From a virus: a stretch of DNA of 61,980 bases. A program made the position numbers and the translations under genes. The notes beneath the pieces are model-generated. The model did no database searches. It saw only the letters and a list, made by a program, of their open reading frames with translations, and was not told the origin of the DNA. The stretch spans positions 1 through 61,980 of IMG/VR virus record IMGVR_UViG_3300026290_000012. One strand, given 5' to 3'. Shown piece after piece: positions 9,565 to 19,594 of this stretch (positions are counted from its first letter, which is position 1; each line of letters starts with the position of its first letter).

Positions 9565-10071
9565 TTAAAAGAAGTAATCAAGAGAATTGCATTGATGTGA
9601 CTTCTTTGATTGTTCAATGCGCGTCTTATCGGGCATTGTAAGTTCAACCTTCTGTTTCTTGAACATTTGTTCATCCGCTTGCATTTCCATGAGTAATGTT
9701 TTCATGGTTTCCTTGTCACTTACGTGCATCTTAATGAGTGGGACATATTCATCAAATTCTCTTTTACTCATCTCAAGCGCACTTGATGTTTTTTCGTAAT
9801 AAGTATCGAGTAGAGAATCTAACTTGTCCTTCTTTACCTTATCCTTACGTATCCAGGTAGGAACACGATTCAACTGTTGCGCATGTAAGAGTAACAATCC
9901 ACGAAAGATTGAGGGATTGATCTTGAATAAATATTGGTTAAGTTTATCCGCTTCCTCCAGATACATTACATCCTGCGAAAGAATACGGAGAAGCATGTAT
10001 TCCTTCCCTGTAAGATATGCAGGATATATCTTCTCCTTACTGATAATGCGCTTCATTAGATTAAACGGCAT
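9565..10071 (-). CDS. putative clamp-loader accessory subunit (T4 gp62-like)
   Basis: Size, position beside polB, pattern YMLLRILS..DKLNQY..W.RK.K..YY..SKRE..EY. Recalled resemblance only. Confidence 0.4.
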   Translation of the reverse strand: MPFNLMKRIISKEKIYPAYLTGKEYMLLRILSQDVMYLEEADKLNQYLFKINPSIFRGLLLLHAQQLNRVPTWIRKDKVKKDKLDSLLDTYYEKTSSALEMSKREFDEYVPLIKMHVSDKETMKTLLMEMQADEQMFKKQKVELTMPDKTRIEQSKKSHQCNSLDYFF

Positions 10072-10076
10072 TTACA

Positions 10077-10868
10077 TCACCACCATGCATTTTCACAAAC
10101 ATCATTACAAGTTATTTTTCTACCCTTTTTACCAAAGATCCACCATTCCATTACTTTTTCTGCTGTTGAATAATTTTTGAACTCTTTACCTCGTTCTTTT
10201 CTTAATTTTAACATTTTTTCGAATGCTAATAAATATGCATTATAATATTTTGGATACCGTTCAATATCTTTTAACTTTTGTTTAACACTATGCATCGGAC
10301 ATAAAATACAACCAATTCTTGTGTAACCCTCATCATAAAGGCATGGGTATGGTAAATTATATTTATGTATATATTCCCATACCTCATCTTCAGACCAATC
10401 AACTATTGGATTGAGGAACATTAAATTCTTTGTCCGTCTTGATTCATGATAAATTGGTCTATCACGCCGTCGTAATGATTCTTGACGTCGCACCCCAACA
10501 ACTACTGTTCTACCAATGCCATTCATCTCTTTTAATTCATGACAACAATATCTTACAATTCTTGTTGGTGGCATACCTTTTTCTTTAATCAAGCGAAACA
10601 TGGATTTTTTAGGACGCAACCATTCGATTTCTGGATAGTGTGTCCTGACAAATTGTAAAACTTCAGGTGGTTCAACTGTTGTTATATTAATATGTGTGTC
10701 ATATTTAACACCTGCACGTTTTACAAGATCATATACCACAATACTATCTTTCCCTCCACTAAATGCAACATAATATCCTTCTTCTGGTTCATACTGTTTA
10801 ATACGCTCTATTGCAACTAATTCCTTGTCAATTACACCTTCAAATGTTGTTTCACGTAACATAATCAA
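10077..10868 (-). CDS. PAPS-reductase-family (PP-loop) protein
   Basis: AFSGGKDS PP-loop, RYCC, GVRRQES, PIVDWS, RIGCILCP. Confidence 0.85.
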   Translation of the reverse strand: MIMLRETTFEGVIDKELVAIERIKQYEPEEGYYVAFSGGKDSIVVYDLVKRAGVKYDTHINITTVEPPEVLQFVRTHYPEIEWLRPKKSMFRLIKEKGMPPTRIVRYCCHELKEMNGIGRTVVVGVRRQESLRRRDRPIYHESRRTKNLMFLNPIVDWSEDEVWEYIHKYNLPYPCLYDEGYTRIGCILCPMHSVKQKLKDIERYPKYYNAYLLAFEKMLKLRKERGKEFKNYSTAEKVMEWWIFGKKGRKITCNDVCENAWW

Positions 10869-10881
10869 ACACCATTATATA

Positions 10882-11370
10882 TTAGATTGAACAGCATTTA
10901 ATACACTCCTTATTTGTCAAACCATTCCGCATACGTTCACCAAATACCACAATGCAAGATGGAAATGGTGCTGCCATAGGTTTACGATGAAAAGGATTAG
11001 TAAATTTGACTCTACCACTGATAAACCTGATCTCATCGGCAAGCATGATGTATCTGTGCCAATAAGAAGTGTCAGTGCGAGCAGGAATAAGGCAAACAAC
11101 TGTAGCACCACATAACGCTTCATTGTAAGCCTTCTCTACCCATCGTGATATTTCTTTCCCGTAAGGAGGATTCATAAACACTACATCTTTACTCCAATCT
11201 TTGTGAAGTCCATTATCCTCAATCGTGAAGAACTTGTTACACTTTGCATTCTGTGATGTCGCACACGGATCAAGCGTAAATCCAAATTCATCATTGAGTG
11301 TATCAAATAATTCACGCGGGGTTTCCCATTCCATATCTTTTGAAGAATAATGCACATCCATCTTACTCAT
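10882..11370 (-). CDS. phage-type DNA N6-adenine methyltransferase
   Basis: WETP, FTLDPCA, MNPPYG, LIPARTDTSYWH. Confidence 0.88.
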   Translation of the reverse strand: MSKMDVHYSSKDMEWETPRELFDTLNDEFGFTLDPCATSQNAKCNKFFTIEDNGLHKDWSKDVVFMNPPYGKEISRWVEKAYNEALCGATVVCLIPARTDTSYWHRYIMLADEIRFISGRVKFTNPFHRKPMAAPFPSCIVVFGERMRNGLTNKECIKCCSI

Positions 11371-11653
11371 AGTCTACACCACACGTTTTAGTGACAAATT
11401 CAAGATGTTCAATCGAATCAACAATCTCAGTATGTTTTTTTAAATCGTAACCATAAATCTCAAGGAATGATGATGTAGAACGGATAATACGTTGTTCACG
11501 CTCTGTTTCATGGTAATCAAAGACTGCAATGAGTTTACCATTGGTATCTTTGTAGACACCATTGAAATTATCATTGAGGAGTAAGCGTAAGGTAGAGAAA
11601 CATACATTGAGAGGAAACTTGTGAAAGTCGGAGTAGTTAAAAAGTAGTTTCAT
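11363..11653 (-). CDS. hypothetical protein (96 aa)
   Basis: Operon packing. Confidence 0.55.
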   Translation of the reverse strand: MKLLFNYSDFHKFPLNVCFSTLRLLLNDNFNGVYKDTNGKLIAVFDYHETEREQRIIRSTSSFLEIYGYDLKKHTEIVDSIEHLEFVTKTCGVDYE

Positions 11654-11658
11654 GGTTA

Positions 11659-12210
11659 TTACACCTTAGTAAGATGATAACGGGAAAGTGTTGCACCTGT
11701 CTGATTCTTGTATTTGGAAGATGATTTCTCATTATAACCCACTCTACATGTTTCGCCCTCGAAGAATACTAACTGTGCAATCGGCATACCACTGTAAAGG
11801 CGAATAGGACGATTATTCACATTGTAGAGTTCAAAGGTAAGTGTTCCACCAAAACCTGCATCAATCCATCCTCCAGTTTGATGTATGGTAAGACCTAATC
11901 GTGCAAGAGATGATTTACCTTCACATGCAGCACAAATATTCTTGGGTAAGGAAATAGTCTCCTGTGAAACAGCAAGCATAAACATTCCAGGTTGAATAGT
12001 GAACGTTTCTGCCTCTACAACTTCATGCCCATAAATAATTGTATTTCTATCATACGGATCAATCATCTGCCCGTTATTAATGTAATATTTGAATTGATTT
12101 GAAAGGTGTAAATCATAGGAATTAGGATTGATACTATCTTCATTGTAAGGAGCAATACCAAGTGTCCCATCCTCAATACGCTGTTTAATCTGATAGTCTA
12201 CCAGAATCAT
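11659..12210 (-). CDS. dcd: dCTP deaminase
   Basis: INPNSYDL, EGKSSLARLGL, IDAGFGGTLTFE, IAQLVF, KYKNQTG. Confidence 0.92.
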   Translation of the reverse strand: MILVDYQIKQRIEDGTLGIAPYNEDSINPNSYDLHLSNQFKYYINNGQMIDPYDRNTIIYGHEVVEAETFTIQPGMFMLAVSQETISLPKNICAACEGKSSLARLGLTIHQTGGWIDAGFGGTLTFELYNVNNRPIRLYSGMPIAQLVFFEGETCRVGYNEKSSSKYKNQTGATLSRYHLTKV

Positions 12211-12449
12211 TCTTTTTCTCTCTTGTTTATGTTGTATTTGTTAAACTGACTGTACGTGTATAATGGACACTGTGTCTGATCACACTCTACTTTACCATCT
12301 TCACAATATCCCTGACAATCATAACAATAAGCGTATATTGCTTCTTTTCGTGTAATATGTTCACCCTTAAGGTAACTGATGAGTTTAGACTTACCCCTGT
12401 TATGCATACCGTTTTTTTCGATGAGTTTAATGATTGAATCGTTGTCCAT
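12207..12449 (-). CDS. small Cys-rich (Zn-binding) hypothetical protein
   Basis: AIYAYCYDC..C..CPLY pattern. Confidence 0.65.
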   Translation of the reverse strand: MDNDSIIKLIEKNGMHNRGKSKLISYLKGEHITRKEAIYAYCYDCQGYCEDGKVECDQTQCPLYTYSQFNKYNINKREKE

Positions 12450-13376
12450 TTATGCACCCTTCTTACCAAGAATCTTCATGAGTTTAAAGGCCATATTTGT
12501 AAAGGTAATCTCTGCATTGGCACCATACACCATTCTGTAATCTGTTTCAGCGATGATCTCAATGGCAATAATCTTGTCAGAAGCGGAAAGGGAAGTATCA
12601 TTCCACACTTTTAAGTAAATCTGGAATACAATGCTCCTGAAATCAACTGTGTTACTATTCCAGAGTTTACGCGCTTCTGTAATCTTCCTACTCTGGATTA
12701 ACGTGTAAAGTTCATCTGCAATATTGATATTCTTTTTAGTGTCTAATTCACCAAGATTCTTGTAAATGTCAAGTGCCTTTACCATTGAACGAATGTCAGG
12801 GTAGTTTACATCAATGATTTCATTAAGACTCACATCGTCAATGTCAATGTCCTCTTCCTTACAAATGAATTGTAGACGCGCTAGGATTTCATTACGTGCA
12901 GGTTTCCCAAATGATATTACTTTACACCTGGAACGGAGTGGTTCAATGATTTTAGAGATTGTATTACACGTAAGAATGAATCGGCAGCGAGAAGAATACT
13001 CCTCCATAATGTTACGGAGAATATTCTGTGCATCGGCGGTTAAACCGTCTGCTTCATCGAGATGCACAATCTTAGGCACATCAGATTTGAATGATACAGT
13101 AGAGGCGAATGCTTTAACCTTTTCACGCACCGTATCAATACCTCGCTCATCTGATGCATTGAGATACAGTTTGTCAGCACCAAGTTCTTTTATAATGATT
13201 TTGGCAAGCGTAGTCTTACCTGTTCCCGCACTCGATTCAAAAATCAGATTAGGTAGAGAAAACGGATTTTCCCTTACAACTTTGCGTAATCCAGCAATTA
13301 CAGTGGTATCGTTACCAATGTAATCTTCAAACGTTTGTGGCCTGTATTTCTCCACAAAAAGTTTGTTGGTAATCAT
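12450..13376 (-). CDS. rfcS: replication factor C small subunit (clamp loader)
   Basis: VEKYRP, GTGKTT, LNASDERGID, LDEAD, LRSRC, DIRS. Confidence 0.95.
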   Translation of the reverse strand: MITNKLFVEKYRPQTFEDYIGNDTTVIAGLRKVVRENPFSLPNLIFESSAGTGKTTLAKIIIKELGADKLYLNASDERGIDTVREKVKAFASTVSFKSDVPKIVHLDEADGLTADAQNILRNIMEEYSSRCRFILTCNTISKIIEPLRSRCKVISFGKPARNEILARLQFICKEEDIDIDDVSLNEIIDVNYPDIRSMVKALDIYKNLGELDTKKNINIADELYTLIQSRKITEARKLWNSNTVDFRSIVFQIYLKVWNDTSLSASDKIIAIEIIAETDYRMVYGANAEITFTNMAFKLMKILGKKGA

Positions 13377-13381
13377 TCACA

Positions 13382-14173
13382 TCACCACGTAACTTTGTGC
13401 GGAATAAGTAAACCAGAAACATTAATCTCAGTGTTCTTACCTGTAATGTAATCAAACGTAATAGGGTAAAGAACATCATTACCATACTGGTCTTTCGTCT
13501 GCTCAGTGACAAAACCCATTGTAATGTCTAATTGTGCCTCTGCAAATGCATCCTCAAGGGCATCGATGGAAATATCCACCGTAAACTCTTTACCATACTT
13601 GTTATCAATATCCGCGTGAACTTCAAGTTTAGAACGCTTATCAGTGCTTAATTTAATGTATTCTCCCTCTTCTGGAATGGTAAAGCATACAACAGTCTCA
13701 CCAAGATTCTTTGCAACCTTGATAAATTTCTTTATATCATCTGCATCAAACGCAATGACAATGTTACGCGGTGGAATAATCGCTTTAATGTCCTCGATAC
13801 TCTTACCCGGAATACTCCGTGACGCATACTCATAATCAATCTGTGGAACATTAACCGTCAATTTATCGTCAGCAAGAACAATCAAATCGTCAGTTGTAAC
13901 CACACCAACAAACTCTTCATCGAAGTTAGCGAGATACCGCTTCTTGAAATCGAGTTCATTGATACACATCTCTACAGACTCATTAACATCATACTCAACC
14001 TGTTTACCATTTGCAATAAATGCGGTAATCATCACTCGCTTCTCGGTGTTGGTTACATGTGCAATGATATTTTCATTGGGCTTACGAGTAATAACCATAT
14101 CACCGTTCATCGCGATTCCAAGCACATTGATAAAATTCTTCAGAGTAGTAACATTAATACGCATTAAACTCAC
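13382..14173 (-). CDS. PCNA-like sliding clamp
   Basis: 263 aa acidic alpha/beta protein with a two-domain clamp-like pattern, directly upstream of rfcS. Confidence 0.6.
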   Translation of the reverse strand: MSLMRINVTTLKNFINVLGIAMNGDMVITRKPNENIIAHVTNTEKRVMITAFIANGKQVEYDVNESVEMCINELDFKKRYLANFDEEFVGVVTTDDLIVLADDKLTVNVPQIDYEYASRSIPGKSIEDIKAIIPPRNIVIAFDADDIKKFIKVAKNLGETVVCFTIPEEGEYIKLSTDKRSKLEVHADIDNKYGKEFTVDISIDALEDAFAEAQLDITMGFVTEQTKDQYGNDVLYPITFDYITGKNTEINVSGLLIPHKVTW

Positions 14174-14994
14174 TCCTTCTTATTAATCAAATTATACAGA
14201 GTTGTCCCAGTAACATCATACTTACCTGGAGGATACTTCTTCTCTTTCTTACTCGATTCAATGATTGCAAAGTAATGAGCGTCATCTTTGACCATTTCAC
14301 GCACAGTATGAATCTGCACCTGCGTTTCTTTCATTACCTTGCTCGCCCACTTTGGAACCTCTTTAGACTCAATAACCTGACCCATACGGACAAGTGTAGT
14401 GTCAGTCTTAGGATACATGATGTAGATTACACCACAACGTGCAGATGCAACACATTTATCATGTAGGTTATCAATTAGCATATTACGAATCTTCCAAAGA
14501 TTCTGATTTACTACACCTTGAAATTTGTCAATCTTAAGTTCTAAACGTCCTGCATTCTCGCAAATCTCTGTATACTGCTCAATTCCATCCACTACAATCC
14601 AATCAGTTTCATTCTTCTCTTTGATTGCATTGAGCAGAAATGTATTCCAATCACAGACAATCTTTGATGTGCGTAACATATCCTCTGCCGTTGAACGATC
14701 ATACGGACGGAGAGAATCAAGCACCTGAATATTCAAATTCTTCTCTTTGATGTAATCAAGTTCTATTGGTAAGACACTATTCGTATCAAACGAAAGAACC
14801 TTTACACTGGAACCAGGTGCGATTAATCCGTAGACAGTAGTTGTCTTACCAGTGTTTTTGTCACCATATACACCAATAATATCCTTACTCTGTGGTGGAA
14901 GAATTGCATCATCATAGGAAAATGATGCAGTAGGATCTTCCTTCTGTTGGATTTCCTCTACCGCTTTATTCAGCGTTTTCTTACCAAGTGCCAT
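14170..14994 (-). CDS. P-loop ATPase, Sak4/AAA_24-like recombination protein
   Basis: Walker A GDKNTGKTT, Walker B WIVVDG; next to the SSB gene. Confidence 0.6.
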   Translation of the reverse strand: MALGKKTLNKAVEEIQQKEDPTASFSYDDAILPPQSKDIIGVYGDKNTGKTTTVYGLIAPGSSVKVLSFDTNSVLPIELDYIKEKNLNIQVLDSLRPYDRSTAEDMLRTSKIVCDWNTFLLNAIKEKNETDWIVVDGIEQYTEICENAGRLELKIDKFQGVVNQNLWKIRNMLIDNLHDKCVASARCGVIYIMYPKTDTTLVRMGQVIESKEVPKWASKVMKETQVQIHTVREMVKDDAHYFAIIESSKKEKKYPPGKYDVTGTTLYNLINKKE

Positions 14995-14999
14995 TATTT

Positions 15000-15218
15000 T
15001 TACCTTTTGTTATAATGACCAATAGACATAGGAAGCGATGCAACAAACAGACCAAGCACAATACCACAAATGGTTTGCCAAAGTCCCGTAATACCAATCA
15101 TACCTAGCAACACATACGCAACGTAGCAAAATGCAGCATACCAAATGAAAAGAAATGCAATGCACACTACAATAATTACAATCCAACCAATTATCTTTAA
15201 TCCTTCAATATAATTCAT
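15000..15218 (-). CDS. small two-helix membrane protein
   Basis: Almost entirely hydrophobic. Confidence 0.6.
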   Translation of the reverse strand: MNYIEGLKIIGWIVIIVVCIAFLFIWYAAFCYVAYVLLGMIGITGLWQTICGIVLGLFVASLPMSIGHYNKR

Positions 15219-15237
15219 GTAGGTTCACCTAAAAAGA

Positions 15238-16377
15238 TTAGAGGAAATCATCATCCTCAACAAATGCATCAGTAGTCTCTACATCCTCTGCAATCTCATA
15301 CAAATCTTCAGGACGCGAGAACTTGGGATCAGTGACGAAACCAAGCAGATTACCACTTGCTTCACCCCTCTTATTGAAGTAGGGTTTGAAACATACAATG
15401 CCTACTGCCTGCTCACAGAGTCCCGTAACAACACCAGGAGAACATGATAATGAAACATTACCCTCGAAATCCTCATCGAGTGGTGTAACCTCTACAAAGG
15501 CATACTCATCAAACAGACTAATCTTAGAGATAATGGCTTCAGCAAGCAGGAACTTCTTATCCGAATACTCACCATTGATTACTTTTGCCTCAATGTCATA
15601 CACATCTTCAAAGGCAGCACAGTTATCTCCAAACGAGTCCTCTACGAGTGTAACAAATTCATCGTAATCAAAGTCATCGTCAAGATCTACAAGTTTAGAT
15701 GTGTTAATTCCAGTAGAAATGTTTACAACATCTTTGTTCTCATCCTTACACGTTCCCCTAAACATGTAGATCTTGCCAAATTCAGGAACAAAATTTGCAG
15801 GATCTTTCACATAGACAACACCGGGTTTTACCTCACCGGAATTAGGCATTTCAAAGAATCCATATGCCCTGTTCTCCATCTGAACCTTCGGAATCTTCTT
15901 TCCAATAAGGAACGCCTGGAATGTCGTGGTATTCTTCTTAGTGTAGAGTAGATTACCGTCTACATCAATCAGACCGTCAGCGATAGCATTTTCCTTCCAC
16001 TCATCGCCAAACATCTTCTTGTAGATTGCAATCTCATTATTTGCATCAGCGTTTGCCTTCTTTACCGAATCATACGGCTTGGTGTAACCAAAGAAGAAAC
16101 CTTTGAACGGTAACATGTTAGAACGCAATGCAGCGTTGTAAGAACCAACAATCGATTTGATGGTAACAATACTTGCCTTAGACTCCGTGATACCGTCCCG
16201 CTTCATATATTCAGCAAAACGCTTCTTATACTCAGCCATGATAACATCAGGACGCTCACCGACCTTTTCTGCAATCTCATTGATTCTTGCTACAATGCTC
16301 TCGTCCACATCAGTAGACTTATCTTTCTTACTTTTCAATGCCAATCTAAGCACCAATATGTTATTGGTAAGTTCCAC
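15238..16377 (-). CDS. putative single-stranded DNA-binding protein (RPA/OB-fold)
   Basis: Beta-rich, OB-like segments (GKIYMFRG), acidic tail ending VEDDDFL; replication context. Confidence 0.55.
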   Translation of the reverse strand: MELTNNILVLRLALKSKKDKSTDVDESIVARINEIAEKVGERPDVIMAEYKKRFAEYMKRDGITESKASIVTIKSIVGSYNAALRSNMLPFKGFFFGYTKPYDSVKKANADANNEIAIYKKMFGDEWKENAIADGLIDVDGNLLYTKKNTTTFQAFLIGKKIPKVQMENRAYGFFEMPNSGEVKPGVVYVKDPANFVPEFGKIYMFRGTCKDENKDVVNISTGINTSKLVDLDDDFDYDEFVTLVEDSFGDNCAAFEDVYDIEAKVINGEYSDKKFLLAEAIISKISLFDEYAFVEVTPLDEDFEGNVSLSCSPGVVTGLCEQAVGIVCFKPYFNKRGEASGNLLGFVTDPKFSRPEDLYEIAEDVETTDAFVEDDDFL

Positions 16378-16394
16378 TATAAAAAAGATTTGAT

Positions 16395-17897
16395 TTAAGA
16401 TAGCATGTAAACAGTAGTACCTTCATCCTTATTCTTCAATACACGCATCTTTCCACTTTCTATAAGTAATGCGAGTAGTTTTTCAGAAGAACTCTCACCG
16501 GCCCCAAAACTCTTGAAGAACACTTTTTGCCATTCTTCCTTAGTGTAGCGCATACCAATGAATTCCCTACGCAAGCGCATAACGAGCCTATTTAACTTTT
16601 CGTTGCGTCCTGTGTTGTTTGAAATAATATAGAACGCTACAGAGCGCATAGCAGGGAATAACAAACGTGCCGCATTGTGCGCGTCCTCTTTGTCGATATA
16701 ATTACGATAGTTCATCAAGCCGAATAATGCAGCCACTTTGATGAAGTTAATTGATACACGCGACACCATTGATTCCCATGCCTCAATTTGCTCAGGATTC
16801 AACCCTGGAACAATGTTACGTAACTCGTTTATGTATTCGTTGATAATCTCATCAACACCCGCGCGCATATAGATTGTTTCAGTATCCTTATGCATGTTCT
16901 GTAGGTTCTCTACCTCTTCCTTCAGTTTCTTACGTAATATATTTTGCAGATTCTCCTTATCCTTACGCTGTTTCTCTGCTTCGGATATATCATCCACAAA
17001 AGAAGGTATGGCACTTACAATATACTCTGAAGTCTTTGTGCGCTTGATAGGATCTTCTGGCTGCACGTAGACAATCATGCGTGGGAACAATCCTTTCTTG
17101 AAGAGATGAGTATAAGTATCCAAATGATAACTCGTAATCACCAAAGAACATGTAGGGTTTGAATGAATACGGTTATCAGTAGAAGTAATCATGTTACCTT
17201 TAGAACCAATGCGATTCATAGTTTTGTCAAGTAGGGCCTGAATGTGAATCTTCTTATGATCAAGGACTGCTTCACCTTCATCAAAAACCACGTAATCATA
17301 TGATGCTAATATTCCTGGTTCAACCGGGTCAACCCATCCTCTATCTTTCTTACTGAACGCATTGATACGCATGTTATTAGAAACAATCTTTTTGTTGATT
17401 TCTCCAATTAACTTGTTTATTTTAAATACCCCTACAGAATAATAAGACTTATCCGCTATATCTGCAAATTCAGCAAGTATATCATTAAATTCACTCTTTG
17501 CCATACCGGACGGCATAATCACACAAGCATGTAAACGTAAATCATCCTTTACACCGCGTTCAACACGCACATGATTAAAGAGTTGAGATAATGCTACAAA
17601 TCCATAAATGTCACAAACATCAGCATTGAGCACAACGCGCGTATTCCAATACTTACGCCACAGATCAAGAAAGTTATATCCATCTCTATCACAGGTTAAA
17701 TCTTTGACAAGAATATCATTCTTACGCTGTAAATACCTCATCTGATATAAACGCTGTTCTCGCGTATACTCTTCAAACCCAAAAATTTCAAAGTATTCTT
17801 CGCCGTAAACATCAATGCACAATTCATTGATCCGCTGTAATAACTCTTCATCATTGAGGTATCCAACTTCATCCTCTAATGTCATTTCTTTATCCAT
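16395..17897 (-). CDS. MCM-like AAA+ ATPase (putative replicative helicase)
   Basis: LRLHACVIMPSGMAKS (variant Walker A), GILASYDYVVFDE (MCM-type Walker B), C-terminal wHTH-like segment. Confidence 0.55.
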   Translation of the reverse strand: MDKEMTLEDEVGYLNDEELLQRINELCIDVYGEEYFEIFGFEEYTREQRLYQMRYLQRKNDILVKDLTCDRDGYNFLDLWRKYWNTRVVLNADVCDIYGFVALSQLFNHVRVERGVKDDLRLHACVIMPSGMAKSEFNDILAEFADIADKSYYSVGVFKINKLIGEINKKIVSNNMRINAFSKKDRGWVDPVEPGILASYDYVVFDEGEAVLDHKKIHIQALLDKTMNRIGSKGNMITSTDNRIHSNPTCSLVITSYHLDTYTHLFKKGLFPRMIVYVQPEDPIKRTKTSEYIVSAIPSFVDDISEAEKQRKDKENLQNILRKKLKEEVENLQNMHKDTETIYMRAGVDEIINEYINELRNIVPGLNPEQIEAWESMVSRVSINFIKVAALFGLMNYRNYIDKEDAHNAARLLFPAMRSVAFYIISNNTGRNEKLNRLVMRLRREFIGMRYTKEEWQKVFFKSFGAGESSSEKLLALLIESGKMRVLKNKDEGTTVYMLS

Positions 17898-18789
17898 ATA
17901 AAATTCCTCTTACGTAAGAATAATCTTCAAATAGTAAATCATCGGGCAAATCCCACTGTTGCCTAAACGTATTCATCTTCTGTAACTCTTTATTAATAAC
18001 AGTGGGTGTAACGGTGCTACTAGTGTAAGGGCGCATGTTCTCATCATACAGGGTAGAGAAGTTACGATTATCGAACATCATGCCTGTATTCCTTACTGTG
18101 TTGCCCTGGAGGGCAATTAAACGCGATCTGCATCTGTAATGTAAAGGTGGACGGTAATATTGTGCCTCACTTGCAGAAAAAATAGAACCATTCAACATGC
18201 GACATATATCTGATGTCCTATTGTCTATTACCGCTCGGAATTGAAAATAATTTGTTCCAGTTTCAATGTAGGACTGAATCACTGCATAATTATAAATATC
18301 ATTCACAAGTGTCCTTGCAACAATTCCTGTGCGATGAGCAAAAGAATCATTGTAAATATTTAACAATCGCTGTTGAACCTGATGCACATTCATTTTTGCA
18401 ATTTCATCTACCGAGTAAGTGGCATAGAATCTGTTAAAAACATCGCGCATAATGTTCTTACCACTTGACCAAAATAACACAGCAATGAGATATTCTATCA
18501 AAGCAACGTCACGATACTCTTCTTCTATATCTTCTGCTGCATACACATGGTAATCACTCTGTTCTGCTTCCATAATACCAAGTGCAAGGACATCATACAC
18601 ATGATTCGAGATTTTGATACGTGATACAGGGCGATTCAACTCAATAATCAATGCACGTTCAAGTGAATCGTTGATATTAAACTTGGTTGAAATATTTGTA
18701 ATAGAACGAGTAAAAAAAGTATTCAAAGTTCTACTCATACGGGTTTCTAACTGTAATACTTTTCTTTCGTTATAGTAACTTAAAACCAT
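17890..18789 (-). CDS. minor head protein (Mu gpF/SPP1 gp7 family)
   Basis: FRAVIDNRTSDICRMLNG..PPLHYRCRS motif. Confidence 0.85.
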   Translation of the reverse strand: MVLSYYNERKVLQLETRMSRTLNTFFTRSITNISTKFNINDSLERALIIELNRPVSRIKISNHVYDVLALGIMEAEQSDYHVYAAEDIEEEYRDVALIEYLIAVLFWSSGKNIMRDVFNRFYATYSVDEIAKMNVHQVQQRLLNIYNDSFAHRTGIVARTLVNDIYNYAVIQSYIETGTNYFQFRAVIDNRTSDICRMLNGSIFSASEAQYYRPPLHYRCRSRLIALQGNTVRNTGMMFDNRNFSTLYDENMRPYTSSTVTPTVINKELQKMNTFRQQWDLPDDLLFEDYSYVRGILYG

Positions 18790-19553
18790 ATTTCTAATCC
18801 TTGTTTACTCTCTTGATTTATAGTGGGTTTATGATTCTTGATCCTTTCAAGAATAATATCATAATACCCTTTATCTATTTCAAATCCAATAAAATTTCTA
18901 TTCGTGTTCATGCAAGCGATTGCAGTAGTGCCACTTCCCATACAGTTATCTAAAACAATATCACCTTCGTTTGTGTAAGTTTTAATAAGGTATTCAAACA
19001 ATTTAACAGGTTTTTGTGTTGGATGCATTTTTGTTTTTTCTCTTTGAATTTTAATTATACTGATAGGAAATCGCTTATCGGTTTTTTCTATTTTTCTTTT
19101 ACCACTTGTAATATTATTATGTGAATTAATATTATTAATACTACCAGAATATTTAATTAATAAACCTTGTCGCATTTGTGGATTATAAGTGGGTTGTTTT
19201 TTATAAAAAACACAAATATTTTCATGTATCTTACCAATTTGCTTTCTTATATGAACAAAATTAGTAATTTGTTCTTTTTCCCAAATAATTTCATATCTAA
19301 AATTATCTATATTACTCAAAATTAATTTACTTGTAAATGGTTGACTGCCAGTTAAAACAATAGCACCATTATCCTTTATAATACGATTATATTGTTTCCA
19401 TAATGGTTCAAAAGGAATAATTGTATCCCACTTACATTTTGTAGTCCCGTAAGGTAGATCACAAAGAATCATATCAATTGACTTATCTTCAATCCGATTC
19501 ATTCCTTCCAAACAATCCTCATTATAAACAACATTCAACTCCATATGTATCAC
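18780..19553 (-). CDS. DNA N4-C/N6-A methyltransferase (beta class)
   Basis: DMILCDLPYG, HPTQKP, VLDNCMGSGTT, FIGFE; more AT-rich than its neighbours. Confidence 0.92.
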   Translation of the reverse strand: MIHMELNVVYNEDCLEGMNRIEDKSIDMILCDLPYGTTKCKWDTIIPFEPLWKQYNRIIKDNGAIVLTGSQPFTSKLILSNIDNFRYEIIWEKEQITNFVHIRKQIGKIHENICVFYKKQPTYNPQMRQGLLIKYSGSINNINSHNNITSGKRKIEKTDKRFPISIIKIQREKTKMHPTQKPVKLFEYLIKTYTNEGDIVLDNCMGSGTTAIACMNTNRNFIGFEIDKGYYDIILERIKNHKPTINQESKQGLEIWF

Positions 19554-19594
19554 TATTTTATTTCCTGTAACAACTTTAAAAAGGTTGTTATATG

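Noticed and set aside
3538-12210. Thymidine hypermodification pathway (ThyA-like, kinase, SpeD, dCTP deaminase)
   Set aside because: No DNA-level 5-hmdU kinase or transferase is recognisable, and the ThyA looks like ordinary archaeal ThyA; kept only as weak hypotheses in individual findings.
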